The notes under the pieces were generated by a model that saw nothing but the letters and a program-made list of their open reading frames with translations, was not told the DNA's origin and did no database searches. Below, piece after piece: positions 62,686-64,000 of a stretch of 64,000 nt of DNA. Source of the stretch: Octopus sinensis (lineage: Eukaryota); NCBI RefSeq assembly GCF_006345805.1, contig NC_043014.1, forward strand, positions 42,966,001-43,030,000, given 5' to 3'. Each line of letters begins with the position of its first letter. Within the stretch, counting starts at the first letter, position 1. A program made the position numbers and the translations under genes.

Positions 62686-63227
62686 ATATTGAAGATTAGT
62701 TAATGAAATAATTAATTACCAATGTCGGGCTGTTGTATAGGGCTTCTCAGATATTTTCGCTTGCTTTGTCTCCTGGCTGCTTTTTTTAAAAATCAGATTT
62801 ATCTCTGTTCTTCGTTTTGATCAGTTTTATGAATGCTTACGCTTCTACTTCGAATGAAACAGACCGACAAAGAGAAAATAGATTCAAAATACTAAAACCC
62901 CCTCAAAGTCAGCTCTGCCTTTTTGTCATTTTTTGGCAGGGGATCGATAAAGTAAAAGTGTCGGTCGGTCAAGTGGCAGAATTAATGGTGTCCCCCTTGT
63001 AATTGCTGGCTTTGTGTCTGAATTAGAAACAATTAATCATAGTTCAAATATCAATGATAATGAAAGTAGCGTATAACGATGTTATTTCATTTATTTACGG
63101 ACTAATTAACGAACAGATATCAGAACCAAATATCATCATCATTGTCATCATTGTCATCATCGCTGCCGCTGTCACTGTCATCAGCTTACCCCTCCTCCTC
63201 CTCTTCTTCCTCCTAATACTCCTCTTC

Positions 63228-63259
<32 letters not shown>

Positions 63260-63294
63260 CATCACCATCATCATCACCATCATCATCATCATCG

Positions 63295-63327
<33 letters not shown>

Positions 63328-63334
63328 CCACCAC

Positions 63335-63366
<32 letters not shown>

Positions 63367-64000
63367 CCATCATCATCATCGTTTTAATGTCCATTCTTCC
63401 ACGCACGCATGCTTTAGACAGAATTTAGGGGGGGGCAGATTTCCTACGGCTTGATGCTCTCCCTGATGCTAAACCTTATGTGTTTCAAAGCAAGGTGCTA
63501 TTCCTCCATGGCCAAACATCATCATCTTCATCATCATCATCATCTTCATCATCATCATTATCATCATCATCATCATCATCACCATCATTATTAGCAGTAA
63601 CACAGCGATTAACAATTATGCTATACAGAATACTAAACCAATGTCAGAAAAAGTCAAGAAAATTGTTACTGTTTCTCCTTAAACTATGTCCCTTGTAATA
63701 AGTGGTGAAGAAGATGAGATGAGATGACACCCTGGAATGGTTATAATGTAGTTCATAGTATCTGTGGGGATTAGGATAGATTATTTTCATGGATTCATTT
63801 CTCCCGGCAATATAAAATTAATGGATGTTTAACTGAAGGTTGTTTGTCCATTTTGACCAGTAAGAAGGTTGATTGAGTTATGTGGAGTTTTCTGCGTGTA
63901 TTTGGGGAAAGAACTAAGCATAGTATAATATTCTTTTCTACTCTAGGCACAAGGCCAGAAATTTTTGGGGAGGTGGGGTGGGGGGGCAGTCGATTAGATC

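Noticed and set aside
62249-62692. Asp-rich ORF resembling acidic biomineral proteins
   Set aside because: Begins inside a dispersed repeat (family D) and continues through its (GAT)n tail; open in several frames

Overview
AT-rich, repeat-saturated eukaryotic DNA. The SINE, RTE and Penelope repertoire and the dense (TA)n/(CA)n/(CAT)n tracts suggest an octopod cephalopod (inference from recalled repeat families; no search was run). I cannot support any intact protein-coding gene: nearly all listed ORFs are stop-free microsatellite or SINE read-throughs. The recognisable coding remnants are all decayed transposons: three Tc1/mariner pieces, RTE endonuclease/RT/3' fragments, a Penelope RT-to-GIY-YIG segment, a CR1 3' end and an R4/Dong-like N-terminus. 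Also present are many copies of at least three tRNA-derived SINE families, TTAA-flanked piggyBac-type MITEs and two tandem non-autonomous Helitrons. The most notable hidden layer is a set of short Penelope-type hammerhead-ribozyme (HHR) elements. One is a 352-bp circularly permuted, retrozyme-like unit with a near-canonical type I HHR (13354-13984). Several fold-back palindromes are centred on HHR cores, and one element joins a tRNA-like head to an HHR tail (26451-26713). Other oddities: a local inverted templated insertion into an RTE ORF, a SINE tetramer inside a single target-site duplication (TSD), a 21/42-bp-phased MEF2/TATA-like array, and a CRE/E-box cluster. SINE family letters A, B, D and F are my own labels; SINE boundaries are read by eye to about 10 bp.
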